Source: an uncultured Verrucomicrobiae bacterium (lineage in GTDB: Bacteria > Verrucomicrobiota > Verrucomicrobiia > Chthoniobacterales > JAFAMB01). From it: 64,000 bases of DNA. Shown here one piece after another: positions 45,594 to 55,623 of the stretch. Below the pieces are notes generated by a model. That model was not told the DNA's origin. It searched no databases and worked only from the letters and a program-made list of their open reading frames with translations. Made by a program: the position numbers and the translations under genes. The stretch covers positions 192,001 to 256,000 of the forward strand of contig CAVXLD010000003.1 in the NCBI GenBank assembly GCA_963762565.1, read 5' to 3'. Positions within the stretch are counted from its first letter, which is position 1. Each line of letters starts with the position of its first letter.

Positions 45594-45835
45594 AAAAACT
45601 ATTAGAATTTTTACTTTTCCAAAGTGGGATCTAGCAGGCCTGGCAGAAGAATTGATCAACCGTTTCGCATAGATGCCTTCGCCGACGAAACAACCTGAGC
45701 CGGTAAACGGTCGGTCGATTTTCTCGTCCCGCGCCTACGAAGAGAACAAACAGGCAAATCGCAGCGGGCGCCAATTGGCGGAAGGTGCTTTTCATATTCG
45801 TGGCACAAACCCAGCCTGCAGGCCACCCGTAACCC

Positions 45836-46207
45836 TTAACGACCGGGCGAGTCCGGAGAAAACACTGTTAGTGCGGCAAGCTGGGGTTCTTTAATGATTG
45901 GAGATCCATCATCCTTATAAATCTCCAATTCGAATAGCTTCAAGGCGACAGCGTGGAGAAGGATTCTCACAAAGGGACCAACGAGCGGTTCTGTATCCAC
46001 ATCTGAATACCAAGCCTCAACCGGTACTCTGTGATTGACGGGAGCCAGCAGGTCGGATCGAACGTGAAAGAGCAAAGTGCCTGTTTCTTCAATTCTTCTA
46101 ACCAATGTTTCGGATAATTGGAGCTTCAATTCGGTATTCCCAGGGAAAATCTGCCTCCAGTAGCTTCAGGACCAAACGTTTTTCTGCTAGGGTGACTGCT
46201 CGAAATT
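45836..46207 (-). pseudogene. Frameshifted small protein resembling DUF6984 (family recalled, not searched)
   Basis: FRAVTLAEKRLVLKLLEADFP then shift to LKLQL..RVPVEAWYSD..LLH..LFELEIYKDDGS. Confidence 0.5.
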
Positions 46208-46469
46208 GTCGTTCGTCCTTCACTGGATTGCCGGTGGCCTGATGGTCTTGGGCGTTTGGCTTCATCTCACTGAACGCCATGTCCATTTGCACCGTCACGA
46301 ACCCACGACACACGAACATCTGCACTGGCATGATGAGCATCACCAGCATGTCCATGCCCCAACTGATCCGCCTGGTGAACCGCATTCACACATGCATCGG
46401 CATCAGGAACTGTTTCATTCGCACCCGCATTATCCGGATCTGCATCACAGGCACGGGCACAAGGGATAG
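46208..46469 (+). pseudogene. Duplicated 3' end (last TM plus His tail) of the EamA gene
   Basis: Collinear with 32281-32533; 46239-46282 matches 32309-32352 at 43 of 44 bases. Confidence 0.88.
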
Positions 46470-46861
46470 TGAGAGGTGCGAAGTGCGAAGTGATTGGTGA
46501 TTGCCGGTATCTGGGTAATCCGGTACACCCGGGGAATAGCGCTCGCTAGCAAATGCTCTCTTAATGAAAAATGCTGGCGTGCACCTGGAAGGAATACCGT
46601 GGTTGTACTTGTGCGCACCTTGCTTTGAGCGAGTTCCAGCGCTGGACTGAGAAGCCCTTGGCAGCAGGCTAACATCGTGGATTGGCCATTCTCCTGAGCA
46701 CCGGCGCCGTGGCAGTGTTCCGAACAATGGCAGGCGGAAGCAGCCGTGCCTTGAGTGGCCGTCAGCACCCTTAGCAAACAATGTTGAGTCGACGTAAACC
46801 ACGCGAGAGCTGCCACGACAGCAACCATCGAATTTAAAAATCTCGCGCGCCAAAAACGCAT
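46445..46861 (-). CDS. Small Cys/His-rich exported or membrane protein
   Basis: Hydrophobic N-terminus, QHC, CHCSEHCH, CC; C-terminus doubtful. Confidence 0.5.
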   Translation of the reverse strand: MRFWRARFLNSMVAVVAALAWFTSTQHCLLRVLTATQGTAASACHCSEHCHGAGAQENGQSTMLACCQGLLSPALELAQSKVRTSTTTVFLPGARQHFSLREHLLASAIPRVYRITQIPAITNHFALRTSHYPLCPCL

Positions 46862-47042
46862 TCGTGAAACTCTTGCTCCACGAATGATCCGCTCTCAACC
46901 AAAAGATTGCGCTGCCTGGCCAGGATCTTTGAGCGTTGCTGGCAGGTCGTTAATCCGGTAGTGAAAGGTGAAATAGTAAATAGTAGATGGAGGATGTGGG
47001 ATGATAGGTGATGAGGTAAAAAAGGGCAAGAAGCCAAAAAGA

Positions 47043-47840
47043 ATGAAACCTGAGATATTGAGTCCGGCCTGCAAGAATCCTGCTCTGGTGGGCAAATGCG
47101 CGATGGGCATTATGATTAAGACGCCTCGGAACGGGCGCTCCAAAACTCGCCTTTGCCCTCCGTTCTCTCCGGAAGAAGCGGCTGGTATCAGTCGTTGCTT
47201 TTTAAAAGACACCAGCGCGACGATCGAAGCTTTGCGGCGCCAAGACTCTCTTGTGGTCGGGGTTGCGGTTTACACGCCAGTTGGAACCGAGCATGAGCTT
47301 GAACAACTTTTACCATCCGGATTCAAAATGATCGCCCAGCGCGAGACCGATTTTGGCGCTCGGTTATTAGGCGCAGTTCAGGACCTTTTCTCTGTGGGAT
47401 TCGGGGCGGTTTGTCTAATAGACTCCGATAGTCCTACTCTTCCGCTTTCTTACCTGCAAGAAATGGCGGCCGCTCTTAAGGAGGGTAATGATCGAGTCCT
47501 TATCGGGCCGAGCACGGATGGCGGTTATTACGCCATAGGGATGCGGGAAGCGCACGTCAGGCTCTTTCAGGATATCACCTGGGACGCGGATCGGGTCTGT
47601 GACCAAACGATAGAAAGGGCCAAGGAAATTGCCGTGCCGGCGATTACACTGCCTGCCTGGTACGATGTGGATGATCAGTTCTCCCTAGAACGCCTCTTAT
47701 CCGAACTATTTCCGGAGCGTGCAAAAGAGGCGGCGCCAAAAGGGGCGCCTGCTCCAAACACGAGAGCGTTCCTTAACGAGATGTTGGCAAGAGAAGGTAC
47801 CGCCGCATCTGGCCCAACGGAACGCCGTGAACGCCATTAA
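47043..47840 (+). CDS. TIGR04282/DUF2064-like transferase (ArsS-associated)
   Basis: IKTPRNGRSKTRL.P, QR..DFGARL, IDSDSPTLP, GPSTDGGYY.IG, WYDVD. Confidence 0.88.
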   Translation: MKPEILSPACKNPALVGKCAMGIMIKTPRNGRSKTRLCPPFSPEEAAGISRCFLKDTSATIEALRRQDSLVVGVAVYTPVGTEHELEQLLPSGFKMIAQRETDFGARLLGAVQDLFSVGFGAVCLIDSDSPTLPLSYLQEMAAALKEGNDRVLIGPSTDGGYYAIGMREAHVRLFQDITWDADRVCDQTIERAKEIAVPAITLPAWYDVDDQFSLERLLSELFPERAKEAAPKGAPAPNTRAFLNEMLAREGTAASGPTERRERH

Positions 47841-49221
47841 CACCGTGAACGCCGAGAGCGCCGGGAAACGGTGGCTTCTAATCCTCATCGCGTTCGGGGT
47901 TCTGCTGTTGATTGTCGAGCTCTGTTTTTTTGGTGCGCATCGCGACAACCGCTTCTACTGGGAGCTCTTTTGGCTCTTGATATCCGGAATTCCGTTTGCG
48001 TTCGCGGTTTGGTGGACGTTTCGGCAAAAGCGATTTCCACGAAGCACTCTCGTTGTAATCCTGATCGGGGGTGCACTGTTTCGGTTCATCCTTGTTCCCT
48101 TGGATCCTCCGCGACTCTCGACGGATATTTATCGTTATATCTGGGATGGACGGGTCCAGGGAGCCGGCATCAATCCTTATCTTTATCTACCAGTCGATCC
48201 AAGACTTAAGTCGCTGCGCGACGATTCGATTTATCCGAACATCAATCGAAAGACTTATGCTCACACAATCTATCCGCCTGTCGCCCAGATTTTTTTCCTC
48301 GTTGTCACTCGGGTGACCCAGACCGTCCCCGGATTCAAAGCCGTGGTTGTGCTGATAGACCTGGCGACGATGGGGTTGGTAGTGGCTACTCTTAGAGCGA
48401 TCGGTCAACCGGCAGAGCGCGTGATCGTTTACGCATGGCATCCCCTGCCGATTGTCGAATTTGGTGCTTCCGGGCATATCGACGCACTGATGATTTGTTT
48501 TATCGCGATCGCCGTGCTAGCGAGGGTTCATCGGAAATTCGGCGTCGCCGGGGTTGCGTTAGGAGCCGCAACGCTAGTTAAGTTTATTCCGGTCATTCTG
48601 CTGCCGGCAATCTATCGTCGGTGGGGCAAGAAATTGCCCATTGCGTTCTTAATCACGATCATCGTTTGCTACCTGGCATATCTGTTTGCCGCCGGGAAGG
48701 GAGTCCTTGGCTTTCTACCCCAATATGCCCAGGAAGAGGGGCTGCAGAATGGTGGCCGCTACTATCTTCTGGACCTGATCGATTATGTATTAGATTGGTG
48801 CGGGGTGGTGCACGAATTCCCGCCACGGGTTTTCACTGCGATTGCGTTGGGTGGCCTGGGAATACTCGCAGTTTGGGCATTTTATCGGCAGATTCCTTTC
48901 GGGAAAGAAGAGGACGAATTCAGGAGTCAATGGATCTTTTCCGGGTTTGTCTTGGCGGTGACCTTTTCCGCTTTCCTCTCTCCATATTACCCGTGGTACT
49001 ATACTTGGTTAGTCTTTTTCCTCTGTTTCGTTCCCAGTTCGGCTGTACTCGCGCTTACGTTGATCGCCTGGCCTCTCTACCGTTCGCTGTTAGAGCAGTC
49101 GGAGGGTGATCTTTTCCGGTTCCAGTCCCGGCTTTTTCTTCCGTTTTTTGGTCTGCTGATAGTGGCATGGGTAGGGCATCGGATCGGAGTGGTAAGGAGG
49201 AAGGGTTCAGGCCCGGTTTGA
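47827..49221 (+). CDS. GT-C fold membrane glycosyltransferase (GT87-like)
   Basis: LSTDIYRYIWDG, INPY, TIYPP.AQ, YAWHPL...E...GH.D, YPWY. Confidence 0.85.
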   Translation: MNAINTVNAESAGKRWLLILIAFGVLLLIVELCFFGAHRDNRFYWELFWLLISGIPFAFAVWWTFRQKRFPRSTLVVILIGGALFRFILVPLDPPRLSTDIYRYIWDGRVQGAGINPYLYLPVDPRLKSLRDDSIYPNINRKTYAHTIYPPVAQIFFLVVTRVTQTVPGFKAVVVLIDLATMGLVVATLRAIGQPAERVIVYAWHPLPIVEFGASGHIDALMICFIAIAVLARVHRKFGVAGVALGAATLVKFIPVILLPAIYRRWGKKLPIAFLITIIVCYLAYLFAAGKGVLGFLPQYAQEEGLQNGGRYYLLDLIDYVLDWCGVVHEFPPRVFTAIALGGLGILAVWAFYRQIPFGKEEDEFRSQWIFSGFVLAVTFSAFLSPYYPWYYTWLVFFLCFVPSSAVLALTLIAWPLYRSLLEQSEGDLFRFQSRLFLPFFGLLIVAWVGHRIGVVRRKGSGPV

Positions 49222-49239
49222 TTCGGTCTCCGACCGCAT

Positions 49240-49266
49240 CGGCCTCGCAAGCGAGGCGCGCTCCAC
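49240..49266. repeat. Family B single REP
   Basis: CGGCCTCGCAAGCGAGGCGCGCTCCAC. Confidence 0.8.
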
Positions 49267-49317
49267 GGTCGGGTGCTTTACTTTTCACCTTTCACCTTTC
49301 ACTTCACTCTCACTCTG

Positions 49318-50469
49318 ATGCCGTCACACCCTCAAAGAGAACGAGCGCTAGTCACCGGCGGGGCCGGACTCATCGGTTCGCACATTGTGGATCTGCTGCT
49401 GGCGAAAGGTTGGGCGGTCCGGGTATTGGATAATCTCGAGCCGCAAACTCATCGGCAGGGCAAGCCGCCTTGGCTTCAAGCCGCGATCGAGAACGGAGCG
49501 GAGTTCGTAAACGGGGACATTCGCGATCGCGAAGTAGTGGAGTCGGTTCTAGACGAAATCGATGTCGTGTTTCACGAAGCGGCTTACGGAGGTTATATGC
49601 CCGAGATCACGAAGTATGTGGCTGTAAATAGTTTCGGAACGGCTCAACTGCTCGAAATTATTCGGGAGAAAAGGCTCGGCATCCGGAAAGTTATTGTGGC
49701 TTCTTCGCAAGCAGTTTATCCGGAAGGAGCAGGGGAGTGCGCCCACCATGGCATGGTGTTTCCCGGCCTCCGACCGGTTGAGCAACTCCGGCGTGGCGAT
49801 TTCTCAGTCCATTGCCCGATCTGCCAGAGTCCCACAAAATCGGTACCCACACCGGAGTTTGCGCCGTTGGGAGGCGAAACCGTCTATGCCATTACCAAGG
49901 TGGATCAGGAAAAACTCGTGTTAACCTGGGGACGGCAGGTTGGAATTCCGAGCGTAGCATTGCGTTACTCCTGTACCTTCGGACCGCGCCAATCGATATT
50001 TAACCCTTACACCGGCGTCATTGCTATTTTCTGTACAAGATTACTCAATCATCTCGCGCCGGTTATCTATGAAGATGGCGAGCAAACCCGCGATTTCAGC
50101 TTTGTCGAAGACATCGCTCGCGCCAATTTTTTGGCTGCGACTACCGACCAACTAGACGGCAAGGCGGTGAACGTCGGGAGTGGTCAAGCGGTTACGATTA
50201 AGCGAATCGCTGAAATGATTTCTGAGGCGCTAAACATACCGCTCCAGCCGATCATGAACCAGGAATTTCGACCGGGTGAGATGCGGCATTTGATATCTGA
50301 TACGACCCTGATCCGAAAGGCAGGTTATACGCCGGAGGTCAGTTTGGGAGAAGGGATAGAACGGTATCTCGGCTGGATCCGCGAACAAGGAAGCATCAAG
50401 GAGTACTTTGCTGCTGCGGAAACCATTCTACGGGAGAAGGGAATTCTACAGAGAGTGCGGGAGGAATAG
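49318..50469 (+). CDS. NAD-dependent epimerase/dehydratase
   Basis: VTGGAGLIGSH, ASSQAVY, YAITK, QTRDF; Cys-containing insert (CAHHG..CPIC). Confidence 0.9.
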   Translation: MPSHPQRERALVTGGAGLIGSHIVDLLLAKGWAVRVLDNLEPQTHRQGKPPWLQAAIENGAEFVNGDIRDREVVESVLDEIDVVFHEAAYGGYMPEITKYVAVNSFGTAQLLEIIREKRLGIRKVIVASSQAVYPEGAGECAHHGMVFPGLRPVEQLRRGDFSVHCPICQSPTKSVPTPEFAPLGGETVYAITKVDQEKLVLTWGRQVGIPSVALRYSCTFGPRQSIFNPYTGVIAIFCTRLLNHLAPVIYEDGEQTRDFSFVEDIARANFLAATTDQLDGKAVNVGSGQAVTIKRIAEMISEALNIPLQPIMNQEFRPGEMRHLISDTTLIRKAGYTPEVSLGEGIERYLGWIREQGSIKEYFAAAETILREKGILQRVREE

Positions 50470-50698
50470 CAAATAGCAGAAAGTAGATAGCAAAGCGAAG
50501 AGTGGCACTTCGTTCTTGTCCTCCTGAGATGAACAGGGCCCATCGCCGGGAGGGATCGCGTCCTCGCGATCGGTTGTTTTCGAAGTCCATGACAGACCCG
50601 ATCACGCGCTGCATTACACCGAAAATTATAGACCTGTTCGCGGCGCGCGGGGACGCGCGCCCTCCCACTATTTGCTATCTGCTATTTGCTATTTACTA
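50466..50698. repeat. Uninterrupted family A doublet (50548-50666) bracketed by inverted TAGCAAA arrays
   Basis: ATAGCAAATAGCAG... on the left, ...TTTGCTATCTGCTATTTGCTA on the right. Confidence 0.8.
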
Positions 50699-50725
50699 TT
50701 CTAGCCCGTAAAGATGGCGGCCTAG

Positions 50726-51418
50726 ATGGTGTGCTTGGTCATTCCCGCACTCAACGAAGCTGAGGTCATTGGGGAAGTCGTCCGCTCGATTCCACGGACT
50801 GTGGTGGACCACATCATCGTAGTTGACAATGGAAGCACCGACGCCACCGCCCGAATGGCGACTGAGGCGGGAGCGACGGTAGTTGCTCAGCCGATTCGCG
50901 GGTACGGCAGAGCCTGCCGAGCCGGGATGGAGGCCGCAATTAGAACAGGCGCCGATATCGTTGTGTTCATCGATGGCGACGGGAGTGATTGCCCGGAATT
51001 TATGGGCTATTTGGTTCGACCAATTCAAGAGGGCCATTTTGATTTTGTGATCGGGTCGCGTACCCGCGGGATGCGGGAACCCGGTAGTCTTAATCCGCAA
51101 CAGATCGTGGCTGCCTACTTGGCTGGTCGGTTGTTGCGGGTTCGTTACGGCGTGAATTTTAGCGATATGTCTCCTTTTCGGGCGATCCGAACGGAGCTGT
51201 TGCAGTCATTGCCGATGCGAGAGGAAACTTACGGCTGGAACCTGGAAATGCAGATGCTAGTAGCGCAAAAGCATGCCCGGATCTTAGAAGTCCCGGTCAA
51301 TCATCGCCGGCGCCGTGGCGGTATTTCCAAGGTTTCTGGTACAGTCAAAGGAACCGTTCTAGCGGCTTTCCGGATCGCAGCGACGTTCCTTCGGGTGAGC
51401 CTGACGCCGCGCGCATAA
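50726..51418 (+). CDS. GT2 glycosyltransferase (polyprenol-phosphate sugar synthase-like)
   Basis: IPALNE, VVDNGSTD, RGYGRAC, F.DGDGSD, VIGSR, SKVSG. Confidence 0.88.
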   Translation: MVCLVIPALNEAEVIGEVVRSIPRTVVDHIIVVDNGSTDATARMATEAGATVVAQPIRGYGRACRAGMEAAIRTGADIVVFIDGDGSDCPEFMGYLVRPIQEGHFDFVIGSRTRGMREPGSLNPQQIVAAYLAGRLLRVRYGVNFSDMSPFRAIRTELLQSLPMREETYGWNLEMQMLVAQKHARILEVPVNHRRRRGGISKVSGTVKGTVLAAFRIAATFLRVSLTPRA

Positions 51419-51668
51419 CCAATGCCTCGGGAGCCAGGACCTGGACGCAGCTTGGGCTTAGATGCGATCTTGCTGCGAGGTAAGGATGAGCCCGCCAGCG
51501 GCGGTTTCTGGCGGCGATTGGTTCGGCTGCTTTCGTAGAAGGCGATCGCGAATTTGGCTTTTGGCGGATATTTTGATTTCGATTAAAGCCGCAGAGCTAT
51601 TAAACTAGGGACGCAGATCACACCCGGGGCGAATTTAAAATGTAGGAGCGTGGAACCCGGAAGCCGTT

Positions 51669-52703
51669 ATGCAAGCCAAAGCAAACATCGAAGTCGACGC
51701 CGGCACAAAGTCGTTTGCTACTGGATTGCTGCCCGTGCTTATCGCCGCATTACGCCGATGTCGACCCGGCGATCTGATTGCGGTCATTGGCCAGGAAGCG
51801 GCTATTGGGTCAGACCTTGAAACCTGGTGCCGTTTCACGCGCAATACTCTGATTGAGTCGAGTTTCGAGACTGGTGGCATGCGTTGGGTCATCCGGTGTG
51901 GGGAGGCTCCGGCGGAAGACACCACCGATCGTCCAATCGGCTCACGTCTTTGGCTCTACACGAATTTCGATTGTAACTTACATTGTAACTATTGTTGTGT
52001 GCGGTCATCGCCAAAAGCTCCAAGGCGCGAGCTTGGCCTTGTTCGAGTCCGGCAGATAGCTAGCGAGGCAGCCGGGCTCGGCGTCCGTGAAATTTTTGTG
52101 ACCGGCGGTGAACCGTTTCTGCTCAGTGATATCGGCGATATTCTGGCTGCCTGCACCGCGACGGCTCTGACGACTGTACTCACGAACGGCGGGCTTTTTT
52201 CCGGGCGACGCCTTGAAACGGTTCGTTCGCTGCCGAAGGACCGCTTGACGCTGCAGATCAGTTTAGACAGTCCGACCCCGGAACGACACGATTACCATCG
52301 GGGAAAGGGGAGTTGGGAGCGCGCTTTGAACGGGATCGAATCGGCTCGGAGGGAGGGGTTCCGGGTGCGATTGGCAGCAACCGTCTCGAGTGATGATGAG
52401 GCAGACGAGTTCCGCCGGTTCCTGGACGGTCGCGACATTAAGGAGGAGGACCGGGTGATTCGCCGTATCGTGCTCCGAGGTTTCGCCAGCGAAGGGATTG
52501 CGCTCGCACGGGCTGATCTAGTGCCGGAAGTCACTATCGCCGCGGACGGTGTCTACTGGCATCCCGTGGGAGCCGATGACCCAGACCTGCTGGTCACCTC
52601 GAATATCTTTCCTTTGGCCGAGGCTTTTGCAGCAGTGCGCGCTGCGTTCGAACGCGAAAACGAACACCGGCGTAAGTTGGCGACGATCTTTAATTGTGCG
52701 TGA
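51669..52703 (+). CDS. Radical SAM protein with N-terminal TusA-like domain (Rv1681-like)
   Basis: LWLYTNFDCNLHCNYC, TGGEP, LTNG, QISLD, RGKGSW, WHP; ends FNCA. Confidence 0.82.
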   Translation: MQAKANIEVDAGTKSFATGLLPVLIAALRRCRPGDLIAVIGQEAAIGSDLETWCRFTRNTLIESSFETGGMRWVIRCGEAPAEDTTDRPIGSRLWLYTNFDCNLHCNYCCVRSSPKAPRRELGLVRVRQIASEAAGLGVREIFVTGGEPFLLSDIGDILAACTATALTTVLTNGGLFSGRRLETVRSLPKDRLTLQISLDSPTPERHDYHRGKGSWERALNGIESARREGFRVRLAATVSSDDEADEFRRFLDGRDIKEEDRVIRRIVLRGFASEGIALARADLVPEVTIAADGVYWHPVGADDPDLLVTSNIFPLAEAFAAVRAAFERENEHRRKLATIFNCA

Positions 52704-52729
52704 ATCCGTGCTAATCGAGCGTGCTGTGG

Positions 52730-53998
52730 TTAGCCCATGTCTCCCCCCGAGGGACGTGGGAGACGGAGTCCGGCAAGGAGCAGGAGTGTGCATATCCCGA
52801 TGAGCACTGGCTCGATGGTGAATGCGGCGTGCAGTCCGAGGTGGTCGGAGAGGCTGCCCAGGAGGTAGGGAGCGGCGATGACGAACGCGCCGCCGACTAG
52901 CTGCGTGCGGGCGCTGGCGGCGTCAGCATTTCTGGGCGCAGCGGCCAGGGTCAAGGCAAGCGAGAGAGGCCAGAGATTGGCGACGCCCAACCCACAGAAG
53001 AACAGCCCGGCGATCATGAGGACGGGCTGGCCGGCGAGCCAGAACAGCAGGAACCCGGCAGCCGTGACGGCCAGCGATATGCACAGCAGCGGGACGGCCC
53101 GCCCGGCGCGGCGGGTGAGCCACGCTCCTCCGACGCGGCCGGCCAGGCTGCCGAGATAGAAGGCACTCATCGCGATGGCGGCCTGGGCAGTGCGCAGCCC
53201 GGCAGAGGTTAACAATTCAGCGCCGAAGTAGACCATGCAAAACTCGACCGCCATGCCGCCAGCGGCCAGAGTGGCCAGTAGCCAGCAGGCCAACGTTAGC
53301 CGCTCCCCACTTTCGATGCGCCGCCCTTCAGGGGCTGCGGACAGTGGCTGGTGCCGCCAGCGCAGGTAGAGGCCGGCTAGGACAAAGGCGGGCAGAACCA
53401 TCGCCACGCGCCAGCCTCCGGAGGCGCCCTGCAGCAGGCCAAGAAGGAGCGGGGCGAGCACCGCGCAGGCGGAGGCGCCGATGTTGGCTTCGGTCAGTGC
53501 GCGGTCGCGGCCTTCACCGTGTCGGTCAGACAAGATCACCTGGGTGCAGGTGAGTAGGATCGTGCCGGCGAAGCCGAGCACTGCGGCGCCGAGCAGGGTA
53601 AGTGCGATGGTGTGGGTTGCGGCGAAGAGGCCGGCGCCGGCCGTGGCGCCTGCCGCCGAGCCCCACAGCAGCACCGCTCGAGGCAACCGGCGCGCCATCG
53701 CGGCGAAGCTTACCCCGACAAGGACCGTGCCGAATCCCCACAGCGCGGAGTACGCTCCTACCAAGGTGTAGGAAAAATGCATTTCTGCTCGCAGCAGCGC
53801 CGGCGCGAGGCCGAACGCGTACCGCCAGAAGGCGAAGGCCGCCAGCACTGCGTAGCACAGCAGTGTCGGTGTGTCCCGGCGGAAATCCTCACCTCGGGAA
53901 TTGTCCGCTGCCTGATGCGGCTCGTTTCGGCGGATAAATGATCCGTTGCCCCGGCCGAGGAGATTTCTTCTCCTAGCGTACTCAAATTTTGGTTTCAT
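52730..53998 (-). CDS. MFS transporter
   Basis: About 12 TMs, GSLAGRV, PYLLGSLSDHLGL; start uncertain. Confidence 0.82.
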   Translation of the reverse strand: MKPKFEYARRRNLLGRGNGSFIRRNEPHQAADNSRGEDFRRDTPTLLCYAVLAAFAFWRYAFGLAPALLRAEMHFSYTLVGAYSALWGFGTVLVGVSFAAMARRLPRAVLLWGSAAGATAGAGLFAATHTIALTLLGAAVLGFAGTILLTCTQVILSDRHGEGRDRALTEANIGASACAVLAPLLLGLLQGASGGWRVAMVLPAFVLAGLYLRWRHQPLSAAPEGRRIESGERLTLACWLLATLAAGGMAVEFCMVYFGAELLTSAGLRTAQAAIAMSAFYLGSLAGRVGGAWLTRRAGRAVPLLCISLAVTAAGFLLFWLAGQPVLMIAGLFFCGLGVANLWPLSLALTLAAAPRNADAASARTQLVGGAFVIAAPYLLGSLSDHLGLHAAFTIEPVLIGICTLLLLAGLRLPRPSGGDMG

Positions 53999-54105
53999 AT
54001 GGTCACCCCTCCAAGCCGCTCGCTTTCAGGTAACCGGCGGGCGAGGGCGGATTCGAGGACAGCCTGTCCGCCGCAGCCCAATCTTTATGTCGCCACCCGC
54101 TCAAT

Positions 54106-54190
54106 GTCGGCCTCGCAAGCGAGGCGCGCTCCACAACGATGAATCGGCGAAGGCGGAAGGACGACGACGAGGACGAGAACGAAGCGCCTT
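54106..54190. repeat. Family B REP with GGACGACGACGAG extension
   Basis: Approximate reverse complement of 12112-12197. Confidence 0.75.
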
Positions 54191-54466
54191 GTGAGTGGCA
54201 GCGCTCAAAGCCGCAGGACGACCGCCATCAGGGCTGCGAGGCGGACTTGGTTCACAGACAGTTTATCGGCAACCGGGTTAGGCGGCCGCTCACCGGGTTG
54301 TGCGTCGGAGATCGGGACAAATCTGGTGTTCAGGCGCCGGATTGCATGGTTGGCAATTGCAGATCGATGCTCCTTGGGGGAGGCTGGCCCGGTAAACCAA
54401 CGAGAGAGAATAGCAGCATTCATTGTAATAAATTCCTTTCTGAATAGTGTTCCTTTTCGTTTCTAT

Positions 54467-54493
54467 CTTAAACGATTTACTAAATCGATTTAG
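54467..54493. promoter_or_regulatory. LacI-type operator pair
   Basis: Perfect palindrome CTAAATCGATTTAG (54480-54493) plus imperfect copy, next to the start codon. Confidence 0.7.
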
Positions 54494-54494
54494 A

Positions 54495-55589
54495 ATGCAA
54501 GCAGAATTTGATAAAACTTCCTCCCAGAAAAAGCCGACCATTAAAGCGGTCGCTGTCGCTGCCGGCGTTTCTACCGCAACCGTTTCCAACGCTTTTAATC
54601 ACCCGGATCAACTCTCACCCGAAGTACGGGAACGAGTTCTGGCTATCGCTCGCGAACTCGGATACAGCGGCGCTAATCCTGTTGCCCGAAACCTTCGCCG
54701 GATGTCGACCAATACTATTGGCTTTGTCTACAAGGAGTCTCTAGAGTTCGGGATCAATGACCCGGCGTCTCAACAATTCCTGCAAGGAATTGCTCGAGCC
54801 CTAGAAAGCCGCGGACTCGGACTCCTGCTCCTTCCCTACAGCGCGACTGCAAATTCTGAAACTGTTCGAAACGCAGCGGTCGACGGCATCATTTTGTATT
54901 GTCCTCCGATCAACACTCCCCTGGTGCAAGTTGTGAAGGATCGCCGGCTGCCGGCAGTATTCGTCGACTACCCGACTCGCCCCGATTGCACCACGGTCCG
55001 GGTTCGCGACCGCTCGGGGGCACGCGCCCTGGCCGAGCATCTGATCCAACTCGGGCACAAACGCTTCGGCATTATCAGCAGCCGGCTCGCGGAAGATTTT
55101 CGCGAAGGCTTAAGCGATTGGAGTCGCCTCGAACACGGTTTCTATTATCCGGAAAAAGAGCGATTGATTGGTTACCGTCAAGCCCTGGAAGCGGCTAATA
55201 TTGACCTTAGCCGTCACGTCCGAATATTCGAAGGCAAACATAGCGCAACCTTGTTCGGTAGGCGCGCGATGGCCGCTTTTCTGGCCGCTGAGTTTAAGCC
55301 GACGGCAATCCTCGCATTCTCTGATATGCTTGCGATCGGAGCGATCGAACAGTTGAAAGAATCTGGATTCAAGGTGCCGTACGACGTTTCTGTTGCCGGT
55401 TTTGATGATGTGCCAGAAGCGAGCAGGATAGAACCTGCACTGACTACTGTTCGGCAAGATTCGGAAGAAAAGGGGCGGCGCGCAGCTAAGTTTCTCTTGG
55501 AAATGCTCGACGGCCAGGCCGAGGAAAACCGGCATTCAGTTCTTGCGGTGGAATTGATCGTTCGCAAGTCCACCGGTAAAGCGCGATAG
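54495..55589 (+). CDS. LacI family regulator
   Basis: TIKAVAVAAGVSTATVS, LGH.R, SVAGFDD, PALTTVRQ, LIVRKST. Confidence 0.93.
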   Translation: MQAEFDKTSSQKKPTIKAVAVAAGVSTATVSNAFNHPDQLSPEVRERVLAIARELGYSGANPVARNLRRMSTNTIGFVYKESLEFGINDPASQQFLQGIARALESRGLGLLLLPYSATANSETVRNAAVDGIILYCPPINTPLVQVVKDRRLPAVFVDYPTRPDCTTVRVRDRSGARALAEHLIQLGHKRFGIISSRLAEDFREGLSDWSRLEHGFYYPEKERLIGYRQALEAANIDLSRHVRIFEGKHSATLFGRRAMAAFLAAEFKPTAILAFSDMLAIGAIEQLKESGFKVPYDVSVAGFDDVPEASRIEPALTTVRQDSEEKGRRAAKFLLEMLDGQAEENRHSVLAVELIVRKSTGKAR

Positions 55590-55623
55590 CGGTCTATCGC
55601 TGAACGGCAGCCTAGCCAGAGCC

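Noticed and set aside
52701..52733. Selenocysteine readthrough of the radical SAM TGA (would add IRANRACCG)
   Set aside because: No convincing SECIS hairpin; the terminal F-x-C-A looks like a natural end, as recalled for this family
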